64,000 nucleotides of DNA from the human T2T-CHM13v2.0 reference genome, Homo sapiens, in the NCBI RefSeq assembly GCF_009914755.1, contig NC_060932.1; one strand, given 5' to 3'. The notes under the pieces were generated by a model. The model had not been told where the DNA came from. It did not search any database and saw only the letters and a program-made list of their open reading frames with translations. The position numbers and the translations under genes were made by a program. The stretch's first letter is position 1, and each line of letters begins with the position of its first letter. This document shows positions 1 to 14,100 of this stretch, in pieces.

Positions 1-639
1 AAACTAAAACCTACTCACACAAAACATTTATGAGCTGATATACATAACCAGGCTTCTATTCTTGCCCAGCTGTGTAGATTCAATTATAATAATTTTCTCA
101 CTTGCACAACACTGCTGTTTGTTTATTATTGCGTTATTAGTTAGTGAATGAACCTCCCTCTTTTTGACCCCTCAGCAGTGTTTATAAAACACTTAATTGC
201 TTTGGTGTCTTCTGTTTCATGTGTAGTTCCAGCTGGAAGGAGTCATGGGGACACAGTCCCCTCTAAGTGTTAAACTGACTGTTTGTAATATGCAGCAAAC
301 TTTCTTTCCAAGTAAGTATCAGGAACCTTTAATATTGCTTATAACACAGCTGCTTAGATTTTTTTGCTTGAAAATGCAGAGGTTTTTAATTTTTTTTTCT
401 TTTTTAATCTCCCTGTGATGATTTACATGGTAGTTAACTATCTAACTTGTTAGACTCTAGCTTTTTAAAATGCTCTTTTGCTTATCGTAGGCACTCCCTT
501 TATCTCACCTGGACTCTTCCTGTCTGAACGGGTCCTACCTCTGCCCAGCTGTTACCTTACACCAAGTTCTCTTTGCCATTACATCTTCCACTTCTTTGGA
601 GAAACTTAAGCAGAATTGTGTGAGCAACAACGATTAGGT

Positions 640-830
640 AGTAGGCATAATGTTTGAGAATGTGGGCTTTGCCAGAGGTTGCCTGGTTTGAATCTTGATT
701 CTTCTTATAACCAGCTTTTTGTGATGTGCAGCAAATTTCTTAACCTCTTTGAATGCCTTCATTTCCCCATCTGTAAAATGGTGATAACTTCACTGGTTGT
801 CTGGAACAGTGCTGGGCACAGAGGTGCTCA
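640..830 (+). mobile_element. MIR SINE fragment
   Basis: MIR core-like 'aaatttcttaacctct...ttcatttccccatctgtaaaatggtgataa'; boundaries approximate. Confidence 0.7.
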
Positions 831-981
831 GTGATATCACAGCAGTGGCCTCTTTACAAAGGCTTAATGAAGGAAGTCCTGCTGTGCTGTCTTTATGTGA
901 AAGGATAAATATCTCACTAGGAAAGGGGAATCCTAGGTAGAAAAACAATTTCAGATGAGAGTTGCAGAAGATTTTAAAGTA

Positions 982-1798
982 TACATTAGTTATTTATTGT
1001 TATGTGACACTTTACAGGTTGACTATCTCTCATTCAAAATGCTTGGATTGAGAAGTGCTTTGGATTTCAGATTTGTTTCAGATTTTGGAATATTTGCATT
1101 ATGCTTATTTGTTGATCATCCCTAATTTGAATATCTGAAATTGAAAATGCTCCATTGAGCATATCCTTTGAGTGGTATTTCAGTACTCATTAAGTTTCAG
1201 ATTTCAGAGCATTTAGATTTCAGATTTTTAGATTAGGGATACTCACTCTGTACCACAAACTTTATGGCTTAAAACAATATCTATTTCCTCTCTCAGTTTC
1301 CGTAGATCAGAGTTTGGGCATGGTTTAGCTGGGTCCTCTACTCGAGCCTCACAAGGCTGTAGTCAGACGTCATTAGGACTGTGTTCTCATCTTGACTGTT
1401 CCACAGAACAGTCCATGTTCAGATTCATTCAGGTTGTCCACAGAATTCATTTCCTATGCTATATGACTTGGGTGGGGGGCTTCAGTAATTGCTGGCTGTT
1501 GCCTGGGGCCACCTTCAGCTCCTGAAGTCTGCCTGAAGTTCTGCACCATGTTGGGTTCCCTGGCAACGTAGAGTTCCCACCCTCAAGAAGGGTCCCCACC
1601 CTCTTTAAAAGTGTCCCCCAGTCAGACCTAGCCAGAATAATTGCCCTTTAAGTAACTCTAAACCAATTGATTTGGAAATCTTGATTACACGTGAAATCCT
1701 TTTACCTTCGCTGTATTCTGTTGGCTTGAGGGTCGCAGGTCCCTCCATAGTCAGAAGATAGAGATAATGGGGCCATCTTGGAATTCTGCCTCCCCACA
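982..1798. mobile_element. MLT1-family (ERVL-MaLR) solo LTR, interrupted by Tigger4a
   Basis: 'cattagttatttattgttatgtgac..[insert]..ccacaaactttatggcttaaaacaa...tttagctgggtcctct' and terminal 'gggccatcttggaattctgcctccccaca' match recalled MLT1 consensus ends. Confidence 0.75.
1015..1250 (+). mobile_element. Tigger4a/MER46A-like TcMar MITE
   Basis: TA|caggttgactatc ... gggatactcactctg|TA; degenerate terminal inverted repeats, TA target duplication. Confidence 0.85.
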
Positions 1799-3904
1799 AG
1801 ATGTACGTGAGTTTTTATAGGACAAGAGTAGTCTGTCATTAAGCAATTATTGAAAACTAAATTTGCCAGACTCTCAATCTTTGAATCCTGGAGAACTTGC
1901 CTAGAGTGTGTAAATTAACTTTATCACTATGCTCCTTATAAATTGATTTTTTTTCCCTTCAAAAATTGTTTTGTTCCCAATTCTGCACAAACCCCTGGGA
2001 TTGTTCAGTGTTGCAGACACACCTTTGACAGTCTTTGAAGTTTGACTTTTAAAATTCTTAGGAACAGCATAGTAAGTTACTTTTAATATTGATCCTTTTA
2101 AGGTAGTAGAAACTTAAATGCAAATTTGGTAAAAATTGCTTTTCCAGAACCAAATTCTGCATTTCTTCTTTCCAGTTTAAAGATTAAACATGCAAAGCGT
2201 TTTGACCAGCCAGGAAGCACTGCTGTTGTCTTTTGTTTTGCCAAGTTTGATCCTTAGTAAGCTGGGTAGCTTCAGGTGTGGGTATCCACTGCCAAATTCA
2301 AACTTCCAGACACCTCTTTGAGAACACTATGGACCTTAGGGCCAACTTGAAATAAGACAGATGCCTTGAGACTGAAATAGGTTCTATAGATTCTCATTCC
2401 TGTATAGTTACTAAGGTGAGCCCACTAAGGGAAGGGCAATATGCAAGGTGATGAAGAAAAGAGAGAAGGGAGAGAATGAAATTTACTTTGTTAAGGCCCA
2501 TGAACATACTGTCTTTGTCATTTTTACTTCTAGAAAATAATGTCCAGTAGAAGAACATTTGCTGATTTACTGCCATAAGGAGCTCAGGAATTTAGAACAA
2601 GAGGGTGAAAGTATGACTGTGTCTCAGATTCCTCTAATGGGCTCATATTTTGGTTTGCTTATGGTTAGTCAGAGGCACCATGATGTTCACATTGGAGACC
2701 CTGCGTTTTGTTGGGTTATTGCTCTTGTTCTGTCATTTCCATTCAGTCATTTATAAAGCAGCAACAATATCACCCACCTCACCAACCTCATAGGGTTATT
2801 ATAGGAATCCAAGAGAAGAGGTATGTAAAATGTTCAACAGAGAAAATAGGTGGGCAGGCCTGCTGCCTCAGGGGGGTACCCCTCTGCTTGTGGCCTGGGA
2901 GATCTAGGAAGTTACTCACTCTTACTGCAATAAACTTTGTATTGTGTTGCATTTGTGGTGGTTTTTGTTTCTTCCCTGCCCAGAGAAATGATGGTTTCTG
3001 TTGGCCCTCTTTTTTCTCACAAAATTACTTCAGGGATAGGAGATGTAAGATCAGGAACACAGTCTAAATACTGGCATACCCTTTTTAGAAGGCTGGCACA
3101 TGTAAAAACATCATTCAAGTCTTGTATAAACAAGCTAATTTTTGCAAGCATTTATGAAGCAACAGAGACACATCAAAAGCATGTTCAATTTAGCATTAGC
3201 TCAACTCTGTGCCCTAGGGGTGTGTGTGTAGATAAACAGGCTGTTTCAACTATATGGCCCCTAAGTGCAAGCCTGTGACTTCATCTGGTACTTTTCCTAA
3301 GAAGTAGCAATGAATCTGTGACAAAGATGGCGAAAACTGGCTTAGTTACAGTCTTTGAAATATAGTAGATGGTGATTTGGGGTGGGGAGAGTTTTCAAGG
3401 CAGGGCAAGGAGCGGGCTAATTTTTTTGTGGTTCCTGAGGAATTGGTTCAGTCCCTGGGACAAATTAGGCCTCGATATTGATTGCATTGAATTATGCTAG
3501 TGGAGTGATTTTTGAGAATCATAGTGGATAATGTTTGTTGGCTGCAAAACACAATAAGAATGCCAGTTCTTACCTACATTTTTATCTTTGGGTAAAAGGT
3601 TAGTGATTCTCTACAGCTTTAGTTCGGAACTAAACTAGAGTTCTTCCCTGACCCTTTGAAGGCAAAAATCTCAAATTTGTATTAAATTTTTTAGCCATCT
3701 TAACCTGCAGATTAGGGTTAGGATCTTAAATAGAAGTAAGGCCTTTATGGTTTTGGAGAAGGACAGCAGTCTACTCCCTAGGCTTGTGCTGTGGCTACAA
3801 CTAGGGTTGGAGAACTCCACAGCCACTCCCTCTGGCTGAGGATACCACTGTTGGGGGTCCTGGTCACATTCCAGACCTTCTCACAAGAGGCTTGGTAAAG
3901 TATG

Positions 3905-4115
3905 TGGATTTTGTAGCAGAGCTCCTATGTTAGGATTCCAGTTTTGCCATTTTCTAGCTGTGTAACTTTGGGTAAATTAATCTTAAGGTTTCGGTTCCAT
4001 CATTTATGAAGCAGCAATAATATAACTCACCTCACCAGCCTCATAGGGCATTACAGGAACTGAAGATGAGGTATGTAAAATGCTTAGCAGAGCACATGCC
4101 ACATGTAACTATACA
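3905..4115 (+). mobile_element. MIR SINE
   Basis: 'ggattccagttttgccatttctagctgtgtaactttgggtaaatta...cctcataggg...gtatgtaaaatgcttagcagag'. Confidence 0.75.
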
Positions 4116-5057
4116 ACAGATGATTAAAGGAAACATTCAGTACAGTGTTGCAGGATGGCTTTAGGACTGGTACTTTGGTGCTGTCTCTCTGCTCAGCACC
4201 CTCTTCCCATTGCCCTAGAAGGGCCAGGCTGGGGCAGCTTTGCTGGCCCAGCAGCGTGGCTCTGTGCTTGCAGAGCTGACCCTCGCCCATTGGTACCCCT
4301 GGGCCTGCAGGGCAGCACCCAACCAAGGGTGGACAACTGGTCAGAGTCATGTTGGTTGAAAACAGAGAGACAGGAAAGGGGAGAAGGCTGGAAGGGCAGT
4401 GGTGGGTATGGCGGAGGGTGAAGGAGCTGGGAGCAAACACCTTGCTCTCCTCCACTTGCGGGGAGCTTTGTTTCATTTAGAATTTCTCAGACATTTAGAA
4501 AAGGGTTTAGCATTGGCAGAGTTTCACTGCTTATGTTATCCCAGTCAATCTGACTATAGAAACACCACAGCATAGTGTTTTACACATTGTGAATGCTGTT
4601 GGACAGTTCCTGTGGTATCACTCCACTCCTAAATATGGAGAACATGCTTAGTATGCTGTTTCTGATGTGAAACTTTTCAACAGTAAATCTAACATGACTG
4701 CTTGGTTCATTATTTCCATTGTTTCAGATGCTACTAATTCAGAATGTGTTTATAATTTAGATGCCATAAAGGTGGCTCATGTTAATTTGTAGCCATTTAA
4801 GATTTTGTTTATATGGTGAATCTGTTCTAAGGACAGCTTTAAAACACAAGCAGAAAGGCAAAGGTTCAAAAACGCCTTCAGATAATTTTTCAGCTAGATG
4901 TTTCAACAGTAATTTAAACTTTTTATTTTTAAAATTTAATGATTCTGAGGTACATGCTAAGATAAATTATTTCATTATGCTATTTCAAAATTCATTTTAT
5001 TTTACTTTGTAATTATCTTGACATATAGGAATATGTAACAAAAATTATACAAGTCAT

Positions 5058-5137
5058 TCTTATATGCTTATACTACTTTATAAGCTTATACTACTTTATA
5101 TGCTTATACTACTTTATATAAGCTTATATGCTTATAC
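5058..5137. repeat. 18-bp tandem repeat, about 3.5 copies
   Basis: GCTTATACTACTTTATA(A/T) x3 plus partial copies. Confidence 0.9.
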
Positions 5138-5433
5138 CAGTAACTTAAATTGAGAATAAAATAAACTCAGCCAATTCAGTGAGCTGTTTCAGTGCATTTT
5201 ATATAAAGTTATATTTGTGCATAGTGTAATATACTATCTTTTGAAACATTTGATAATCAATGTTTTGAGAAAGACAGATGGACAGATACACATGCTTACG
5301 TACCCCTGTGCTAGAGAAGGTGATGAATTTGCCATGCTATCACTATATCAGTATAATCAAAAGTATATTTTGAAGGACATTTTAATTCAAGATCTTCATG
5401 GAAAGAAGGGAAGCCATGGCTAAACACCCTTAG

Positions 5434-5827
<394 letters not shown>

Positions 5828-8800
5828 TATCACAGAATTCTTTAAACTCATGTTACCTGAGACCTGTTTTTATGTGACACATTTGAATATCCTTAACTTG
5901 TTCTATACTTTTTGCCTTCTCAATTAATTCATATAGTCATTCAGTATAAATATGTTTTCCTGGAAATTGTTAAGAATGAGCTGAATAAAACTAACTGGCA
6001 TATCAAAAGACTTGAACTCAGGGCCCTGAATTCATTAATACTGATTTTAATCAAGCAGAAAATACTTCAGTCCTTGATTCTCTTAAGAATATTTTTGTGC
6101 TTTTTATTTTATATCAAATAATTAAAGTTTATTACCCCAGTTGACCATTCAAACTACTATCCGCTCATCTTGATCTCCTCCCTTACAAAGCAGATTTTAA
6201 AAGCTTGCTTGTGAAGCATTTGCATGCCTGCAGCCACCCAGTCTCAGGCAGGATTTGTTGTTCAAGCTGGTTCCTCTGCCTCCCCCTCTCTCTCAGCCTG
6301 GGACAGTTTTTAGAAAGCCTCCCTGGTCTCAGCCTGGGTTAGGTGCTCTGCACTCTTTCCCAGCAGGTACTATGGCTGCCTTGTTTACTGTTAGAGCCTC
6401 AAATATTTGTTGAATAAATATATGAATTGGGTACTAGATACCAAATGCATCTTCTTTTTTATCAGTGTCATTGTTATAATCTCAATAGGACTTGCCGAAA
6501 CGTTGCTAAATGCTCTTTTGAATCATTGCACACTCTTCTGGCTGAAGATCGAGCTTCACTTTTCATACCAGAATTCCTTTTTTGAAGAGTGTAGAGGGGT
6601 CAAGAACCTGGGGAATACTGGAAAAAATAAAAGTTAAGAATGTCTGTAATAAAAATGTGTCTCCAAAGCCATTTTTAAGATACCAAATAGTATGTTTCAG
6701 TCTTAAATGACTACTTGCTATTTGTATTTTCATGAGCCATTTAAGCAATAGTTTAGTGTTCTAAAAGCTTGTATTTATGTTACTTGGGACTTAATTGGCC
6801 TGCCTCTTCTTCACCAGAATCTTATTTTCTCTGAGAGCACAAGTGCCTCCTCCTCATTGCCTCCCTTTAGCTTAATTTGTGGGGAGGCTTTTGTTTTCAT
6901 AAGTACCATGTTATTCTGGTCCGCTTGGTACCATCTTTTCTTTTCCTATAAAGCATTGTTTTGATTTTAGACTTGTTTGTATGTAAATAAACATGTAAAT
7001 AAATACATTTGTCTGTAAATAAAATGTTTATCCTTGGGTGCCCTGTATGACAAAATGTTGGTTTGCAGAGATCATACATGTGGAAGCATTGCACACACTG
7101 TTAACATTGCATCACTTGCTCATGCTATACTCAAAATTGCTAACAGGCTGAGGCTTCAGCAGTGTAATTAAGGCAAAACATGATGAAATTAGATAGCTTT
7201 TTAAGCCAGAAAATGCTGATGAATTGTGGAAGAAAAGCACATTGAGATAAATAAAAAGTTGCTTTTTTACATATCTTTTCATTTTCTTTGATGATTCTTC
7301 TATGCATTTTGGGTTGGATTTGCTTAAAAGAAGCAGAGGGATTGCTCTCACTTCCCCCATCGGGTCTCCTTTGGTTAAATTTGCATCTTGTCCATTCTGC
7401 TGTTTTATATACGATAATTTAGTTGTATGTCTTTTCTGATTTATATGTTGTGAACAATGGAGTTAAGGAAAAGAACAATTGTCTGTAGCTTATGGTAATG
7501 TTTTCAACAAAACACACTCACCTTAGATCGTTTTTATTTATAGTTTAAGTATCAGTTATGCTGTTTAAGTTCCAAAAGTTCATGGCAGTCTTTATATATT
7601 CCATAATGTTCCAAATGGGATATGGAATTATAGTAGAATATATGTCAAGCAGAAAGTTTGACAGGATGTTATTTAAAAATACCTTTGGTATCTAACATTC
7701 TCCATGTTTGCTCTAATAAATGAGAGGTTTTAGGAATGCCCTACATGGTAATATCAGATGTTAATGGCATTGATTACCTGTCAGGCAGTGGGAATTGATG
7801 GGAAAATGTCTGCTGTAAAATTAAATAGTATTAGAGAAGACTGTACCATGCATCTGGTGGGGTGGGGGGTGGAGGGGGGGACATGGCTGGGCCTGGGAGA
7901 CTTTGTCAGGGTATTACTGGGAGCTCCAGGTTTTTTTCCCCACATGATTAAGGCAGGCCATCTGTTCTTTGTTAAATGTTTACAAAAACAGCTTTTCTCT
8001 AAAAGATTTAAGGAGATGTGGGTCTGGTAAACACTGTAATATTTCTGAGCACCTTTTTCACCCTATTTCAGATAGTACCAAAACATAATTCTGCTGCATA
8101 TCAAACAGAATTAATACTTTTTTGTATTTGATCTTCACTTTTTTCCTCCTTATGCAAGATTAAATTTTTTACTGAGTTACTAATTTATTGCTTCATTTAT
8201 TACTAAAAGGAGCATCTAACATGATTTGCATGCTAAAGTGTGTAAACTTTAAATCTTTTTGTGTTATATGTTTTATGCTTTTTCTAATTCATTACTGTGT
8301 GCTGGGGAATCTCTCATTAGAAGCTGGTGTTCTGTTACTGGAGCAAATGCCATGCAGATTAAAGAAAGGTAAACATACCTGGTATTAATTCTCCATTCTA
8401 AGTTTTAATCATTGTTTAGACTTTCCTCTTTTCCTCTCTTTCCAGAAACAGCTTTTTCTTTCATTTCCTGAAAAATAGCTTGTCCCAAATAAGTTTGATC
8501 TCCGTGTCCTGTGCAAAAAAGATAGGGCTTTTTCCTTTTTAATTACATTAAGGAATAATATGTACAAAATAACTCAACTTATGCAAACTAAATATAAAAC
8601 AGTTAAATCAGGTCCATTGATACTTAGGTAGTGATAATTTGGACAGTGCCTCTGTTGATGTGTAAGAGTGTTTGTGAGGAAAGGATAGAGGGGCAGAGGG
8701 TAACTTTGGCAGTGTTTAGTTAGTTGTGTTATCCCTGCATGGAAATCTGCTCATGTAGATCTACATCTGTGTATTCTTCTTCAAACTTTGACCTTGCCTC

Positions 8801-8929
8801 TGTGTTTCCTATATATCGTTACTCTTTTTTCAGCCTCATTCTCCCTTAGCTATGACCAGCAAAGGGCAATAAGTATTTTAAGATTTTTTAATGCCACAGG
8901 ATTTTGGAAGAAACTTTGGAAATCACCTA

Positions 8930-9080
8930 TCAATCACCTAACCCAAAACCTTCATTTTGCAGAAAAAGAAACTAACCCCAGATGGGTGAAGTGATTTTTT
9001 CCCAGATGATATAGCTGACGGTAGGGCCTGGACTTGAATTTTAATCTCTTAACTCAGAGTTCTGGGCTCTTTCTCTTACA
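8930..9080 (-). mobile_element. MIR fragment
   Basis: 'cttcattttgcagaaaaagaaactaaccccagatgggtgaagtgattttttccc...ggacttgaa'. Confidence 0.65.
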
Positions 9081-9144
9081 CCAGTGCAATTGAGTGAAAC
9101 CTGTGAGCCTTTCCCAGAAAGATGCTGTGTAGAAGATGTTAGGA

Positions 9145-9375
9145 AGAGGTGGACAGAATCAGAAAGTACTAGAGTTAGGAAACTAGATTCAAATCTTAGC
9201 TCCGTCACTAACTGTGTGACCTGGGGTGGCCACATCACCTTCTTGGACTTTTCCTTTCTGAAAGTTGGGGGTAAATTATCACTTTTTTGTTATGAGATTC
9301 AGGGGAATTAACACATCTAGCAAACATAACCTAGCTTGGTGCATGGCATCAAATAGCCGCTCAGTCAATATTAGG
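9145..9375 (+). mobile_element. MIR fragment
   Basis: 'gattcaaatcttagctccgtcactaactgtgtgacctgggg...'. Confidence 0.7.
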
Positions 9376-9524
9376 TGTATTGGAATCGAATTTACAGTAC
9401 CTGTATTTTAATGTTTGATTCTAACCTTCCTCCTTTTCTCGTAGTAAGCCTTGGCGTGTACAGTAGTCACGAGGCTCTGGAGATGTGGGCCTGGGCTCGT
9501 CTGCCTGCTCCTCTTCTGTAGGTC

Positions 9525-9740
9525 ATGTGCTGAGGAGTGAGGACTCTGGAGCTATTGGCTCTGATGGCAGTCTCAGTTCTGTCACTTAACATCTGTACCT
9601 CCTCGGACAAGTTACTTCATCTTAGAGTGGCGGTGTCTTCAACTATAAAATTTGAAGAATCACCTAACGCTTAGGGCTGGTGTGAGGATTGAATGGTACC
9701 ACGGTGTAAAGCATATATGCCTGGCACATAGTAGATCGTT
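9525..9740 (+). mobile_element. MIR fragment
   Basis: 'ggacaagttacttcatc...ataaaat...gggctggtgtgaggattgaatg...tgcctggcacatagtag'. Confidence 0.7.
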
Positions 9741-10760
9741 TACATTACAGTTAGTGTTACATGCCAGAAGAAGCATATGAGAAAGGCAGGAAATGAGAGA
9801 CATATGTAGATTTAATATTTTCAAGTATTTTGTTGAAATATAAATGTTCGTTAGATGTCATAATTTATGGTATAGATGATAATCCAGGCAGCCCTGCTCT
9901 GGTTTGGATGGTGAGCTATGAGGGAGGCTGTTGTATGCAGGAGTCACTTCCTCTGATCTTGGCTGACCACTCAGAATCCCATTCTAAATGTGGTTATTTT
10001 TCTACTCTATTTAAGATAGTCTCTGGGTGTATCCCTAGTGAAAGTCAAGAACCTCCCAAAGGCATGTCACATTAATTTATTTGGGTTATCTCTCCCGTGG
10101 TGAAATTTTGAAATATAAAGCCTTAAAGAGGTTAAGAAAAACATGTTCCACCTTTCATGTCAATGCAAGAAATTTCACCAATCCAAAATCATCAAGTTTG
10201 GGTATGTGCTTTTAATTTGATATTTTAATGTTGTTTAAACCAGAAATGACTTGTATTGTATTAGATTTATGTGTTATGTTTACACTTTTATTTCAGACTT
10301 TCACAGTACTAGAATCTTGCAATGTTCAGTATACTTGCTCATTTTAAAAATGGCTAAATTATATACCTTTTATTTGAGCTCCCATTCCCACATGGGGCTA
10401 GAACTCAACTTAGATGTATTCTTTGTGGCTTAGTCTTGGTGCTGTTTTGCCATTCACCATTTTCATGTAGGCTGTTTAAAAAACAGACAGTGTCTTCAGT
10501 TGAGTGAGTTTTTACTTCCTGAACTGATTTTTTTTTACTGTATTAACTAAAGTGCTATTTTAAAACTTTCTTTCTTAAAAGATTCTCTCTTAAACATACA
10601 TTTTTTTTGGATGAGAGAAGATGATAGATTCTACAACTGTATAGTTGGAAAAATATTTGCTACCTGAATAAGTTTCAGAAACATCAGCCACTAACTTTCA
10701 GTTCTTTTCTTTACTGTGAAGAATGATAAACTAATTTCAATTCCTATTTGTGTCTCTCAG

Positions 10761-11191
10761 CATTCCCCGTCGGAGCCCTTTCTAGAGAAACCAGTGCCGG
10801 ATATGACTCAGGTTAGTGGACCGAATGCTCAGCTAGTGAAGAGTGATGATTACCTGCCATCAATAGAACAGCAGCCACAACAAAAGAAGAAGAAAAAGAA
10901 AAACAACCACATTGTAGCAGAGGATCCCAGTAAAGGTTTTGGTAAAGATGACTTCCCTGGTGGGGTAGATAACCAAGAACTAAATAGGAACTCACTGGAT
11001 GGGTCCCAAGAAGAAAAAAAGAAAAAGAAAAGGTCAAAGGCAAAAAAAGACCCGAAGGAACCGAAAGAACCCAAGGAGAAAAAAGAGCCCAAGGAACCCA
11101 AGACCCCGAAAGCCCCTAAGATTCCCAAAGAGCCAAAGGAAAAGAAAGCAAAAACTGCCACGCCAAAACCCAAATCCAGCAAAAAGTCAAG
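10761..11191 (+). CDS. CHD7: CHD7 internal coding exon (exon 3), Lys/Pro-rich region
   Basis: tgtctctcag|CATTCC ... TCAAG|gtaggc; 431 nt; [14 protein letters not shown]...KKKKKKNN...[14 protein letters not shown]...PKSSKKS; frame continues into next exon. Confidence 0.97.
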
Positions 11192-14100
11192 GTAGGCTGT
11201 GGGCAGAAAAAACAACTGCAAAACATTGAGAGTACAGAAATTAGCGCCAAATAGTTACAGCCTATGAAATGAGGGGTGGGAGGGGACACAATGATTTTTG
11301 TCATCATTGAGTTTCTTTCCCTAATATCCAAACTAAAAAGCTAAGGCTTTTACGCATTCTGAAAGTTAGGACTTATTGTTGTGAACTGTTGATTTACAGA
11401 CCTTACTGGATACAAATTAAAAATCAATTTTTTATATTTTTATGAAAACTTATCATTTAGCAAATGGAATGAAGTTAGCAGTATAATTATTTATAAGAAT
11501 AGACCAGCAACCTCATTTTCAGTGATGATATAAAACTGGATAAGAAGGATTATAGAAGAAAGGTCACTATATTTCACTAAGCATTCCAGCCCTTCTTCCC
11601 AGAGGTTGAACCAGGATTGTTAATTCTCTCCACTTGGCGGAGTAAGCCTTCCAGGAGCAGGGTTGAAATCCTAGTGAGCAGCGCAAGAGAAATCAAATAG
11701 TACTTGTCCATTGGATATGCATTCAAGAGTAGCATGAATTTTAGGTTCTAGGGAAGACCCTCTTTCACTCCATATTCCCCCCATCAATTCTCTGACCGCT
11801 CCCCCAATTTCTTACCCCATTTATTCGGTAAGAAAAACTGAGAGGAGAAGACATTGAAGACTAATTTTTTTCATTTGTAGTGAATGTTTCTTACAACTGT
11901 TCTGAACCAGTTCCAGACATCTGAATCTGTTTTTCAGAATGTGGCTCATGTTAGAAAATATAGTTTCCAGATGGAACTATGGTCAGCCTTGGTTAATCCG
12001 AATCTGTTTGCAAACTCCATTAGAAAACACGCCCACCCCATACCCTCATGTGCACGTGTAAACACACACCTGTGCATGTACACAGTCAGTTCTGCATTTG
12101 CTGTGAACTTTTTGAGATTGCTGCCCTGTGTGTGCATGCCCAAGTACACAAACAGAGGAGATTAATTTTGTGGCTAGAAAGATGTTGCCTTGAAGTGAAA
12201 GGACAAACTTGGACTTGCAACTTCCTGCTAAAAATAATCTAAACAACTCCAAATACATTATTATGTGATGTTTTAAAAGTTTGGATCATAGCCATTTAGG
12301 AAATTTTGCCCTCAACACCTTTTATGGTGCCAAAGTAACTGAATTACATTCAGTAGCTCAGTCTTACAGATAACTTAATATTTGCATTTACTTGTGAATT
12401 TTCTTTGATGCCTCAGTGTGTGGTCTCCTAATTGAAAACCATCACTTTTCTCCCCCTCTTTGTGAACATGTTTTTAAACTTAACACTTTATAAAATCTGT
12501 TTTTATTTAAGAAATATTAAGTGCTTATTATTTGCAGGTACTGTTTTAAGAGTTAGGGATGTAAGGATGAGGAAGAAAGACATGGGTAGAATTTTAGTGT
12601 GACTTTATGAGGTAGTTTAAAAAATAAGTAATTACCTAAATCTAAGTATATGCTTTTGGTAGGAGAAAGCATAAGCTTATTTCTCCCAAGGAGAAAGAAA
12701 TCAAAGCAAAAATCTTAAAAAGAATATAATCTTTTTTCTTTAACTTAAAACATAGGAGTCTGTGTTCTAAAGAAGCTTTTTGGAGCTCAGGAAATACATC
12801 ATTAATATTAATCTTAGCATCAAGATATATATCTGATTCCAGCTTTCATCTTAATTTTTAAATTTATCACCTAATGGTAAAAATGGATTAAAAAAAGAAA
12901 ATAACAGTTTATATTAGATATTGTTATGAATTTCCAAGTATGTCTTTTTAAGTTCTGAATCTACATCAGACTGGCTCTATGTTTAAAAACTTACTTAGCA
13001 TACCCTTACCTCTTGTAGAGTCCTTTGGGGCAGATATTAAAATGCTGTATTTAACAATGAAATTTGTTAAAATTTTCCCAACAACTGTAAGAAACTGTTT
13101 GAAAGTTGGAGCACCAAATCTAGTTAGTCCCAGGCATGCCATGTCTTCTTGGTGCAAATATAGACCCTGTGTTTATCCACTAGAGAAACATTCAGTGCAA
13201 GCCTCATAGGCTTGCTGTCCACCCTGAAGTATGAATCAGAGTCTGTGCAGAGTAAGTGTTTGGCATTGCTGAATCTGAGTGTTGGCTTTGCACCAGAGTC
13301 ACAAGCTTTTGGTAGGAAGAAAAGGGTGTATTTTCTCTGAAAAAGTGTCTAGTACCTTCCCCCCTCCTGCGGCTTTTGATTAATAGTCTCAGTCAATGCC
13401 TGCTATAGGCAACAGTTATTTTTACCCTAAGTGGTGTGAAAATAATTGGATGGAACACGTCTGATGAGCCTGCGGATTTACAGGTTAAACGGGAGCTGCT
13501 GCAGTGTGGCCCAAAGACTTAGGATGCCACACTGGGGGGGGCGGGGCACAAAGAGTGTTGGTGGCACCTCTGTTGGCCCTGGTCACTTGACCACTTATAG
13601 GGCCACTCTGATTTACAATGAAGGGTGGTAAGGACATTCCTGAACTTCCCTGTTGTTGACAGTCAAACAGGGATGGCTGTCCAAGCATACGGTAGTTGAA
13701 TTGAGGTTTTAAGTAAATTAACAAACCAGACCATTATTTTGTTGAACCTCATTGTTTCTCTTGATCTGATAAATTGAGTATGTCGCATTGTGGTCTCGTT
13801 GTTCTACTAAGTGTAGAAAGGAAACAGCATCCCTGGAGCAAGGATAACTAGAGTGCATACAACTACATGTAAATTCTGAATAGCATAGTAGAATAATTAT
13901 GTAAATTGAATATGCAGTGATGAAGGTAATAGGGGGTTTGGGTTATGTTAGTACTGGGTTTGAATTGCCGTAGCAGTTTGCTTTTAAGCACTGGAATACA
14001 ACAGTGGCAATTTTGTTTTGCAAAATGTTATGTGATACCAGTTATTTCCATCCTTGAATAAGTTAACTTGATGAATTTGTTTATACAGAAAATAATTTTC

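Noticed and set aside
10813-11331. Overlapping antisense and alternate-frame ORFs over exon 3
   Set aside because: Shadow frames of the A-rich Lys/Pro/Glu repeat (Phe/Ser/Gly/Leu low complexity); no independent gene structure.
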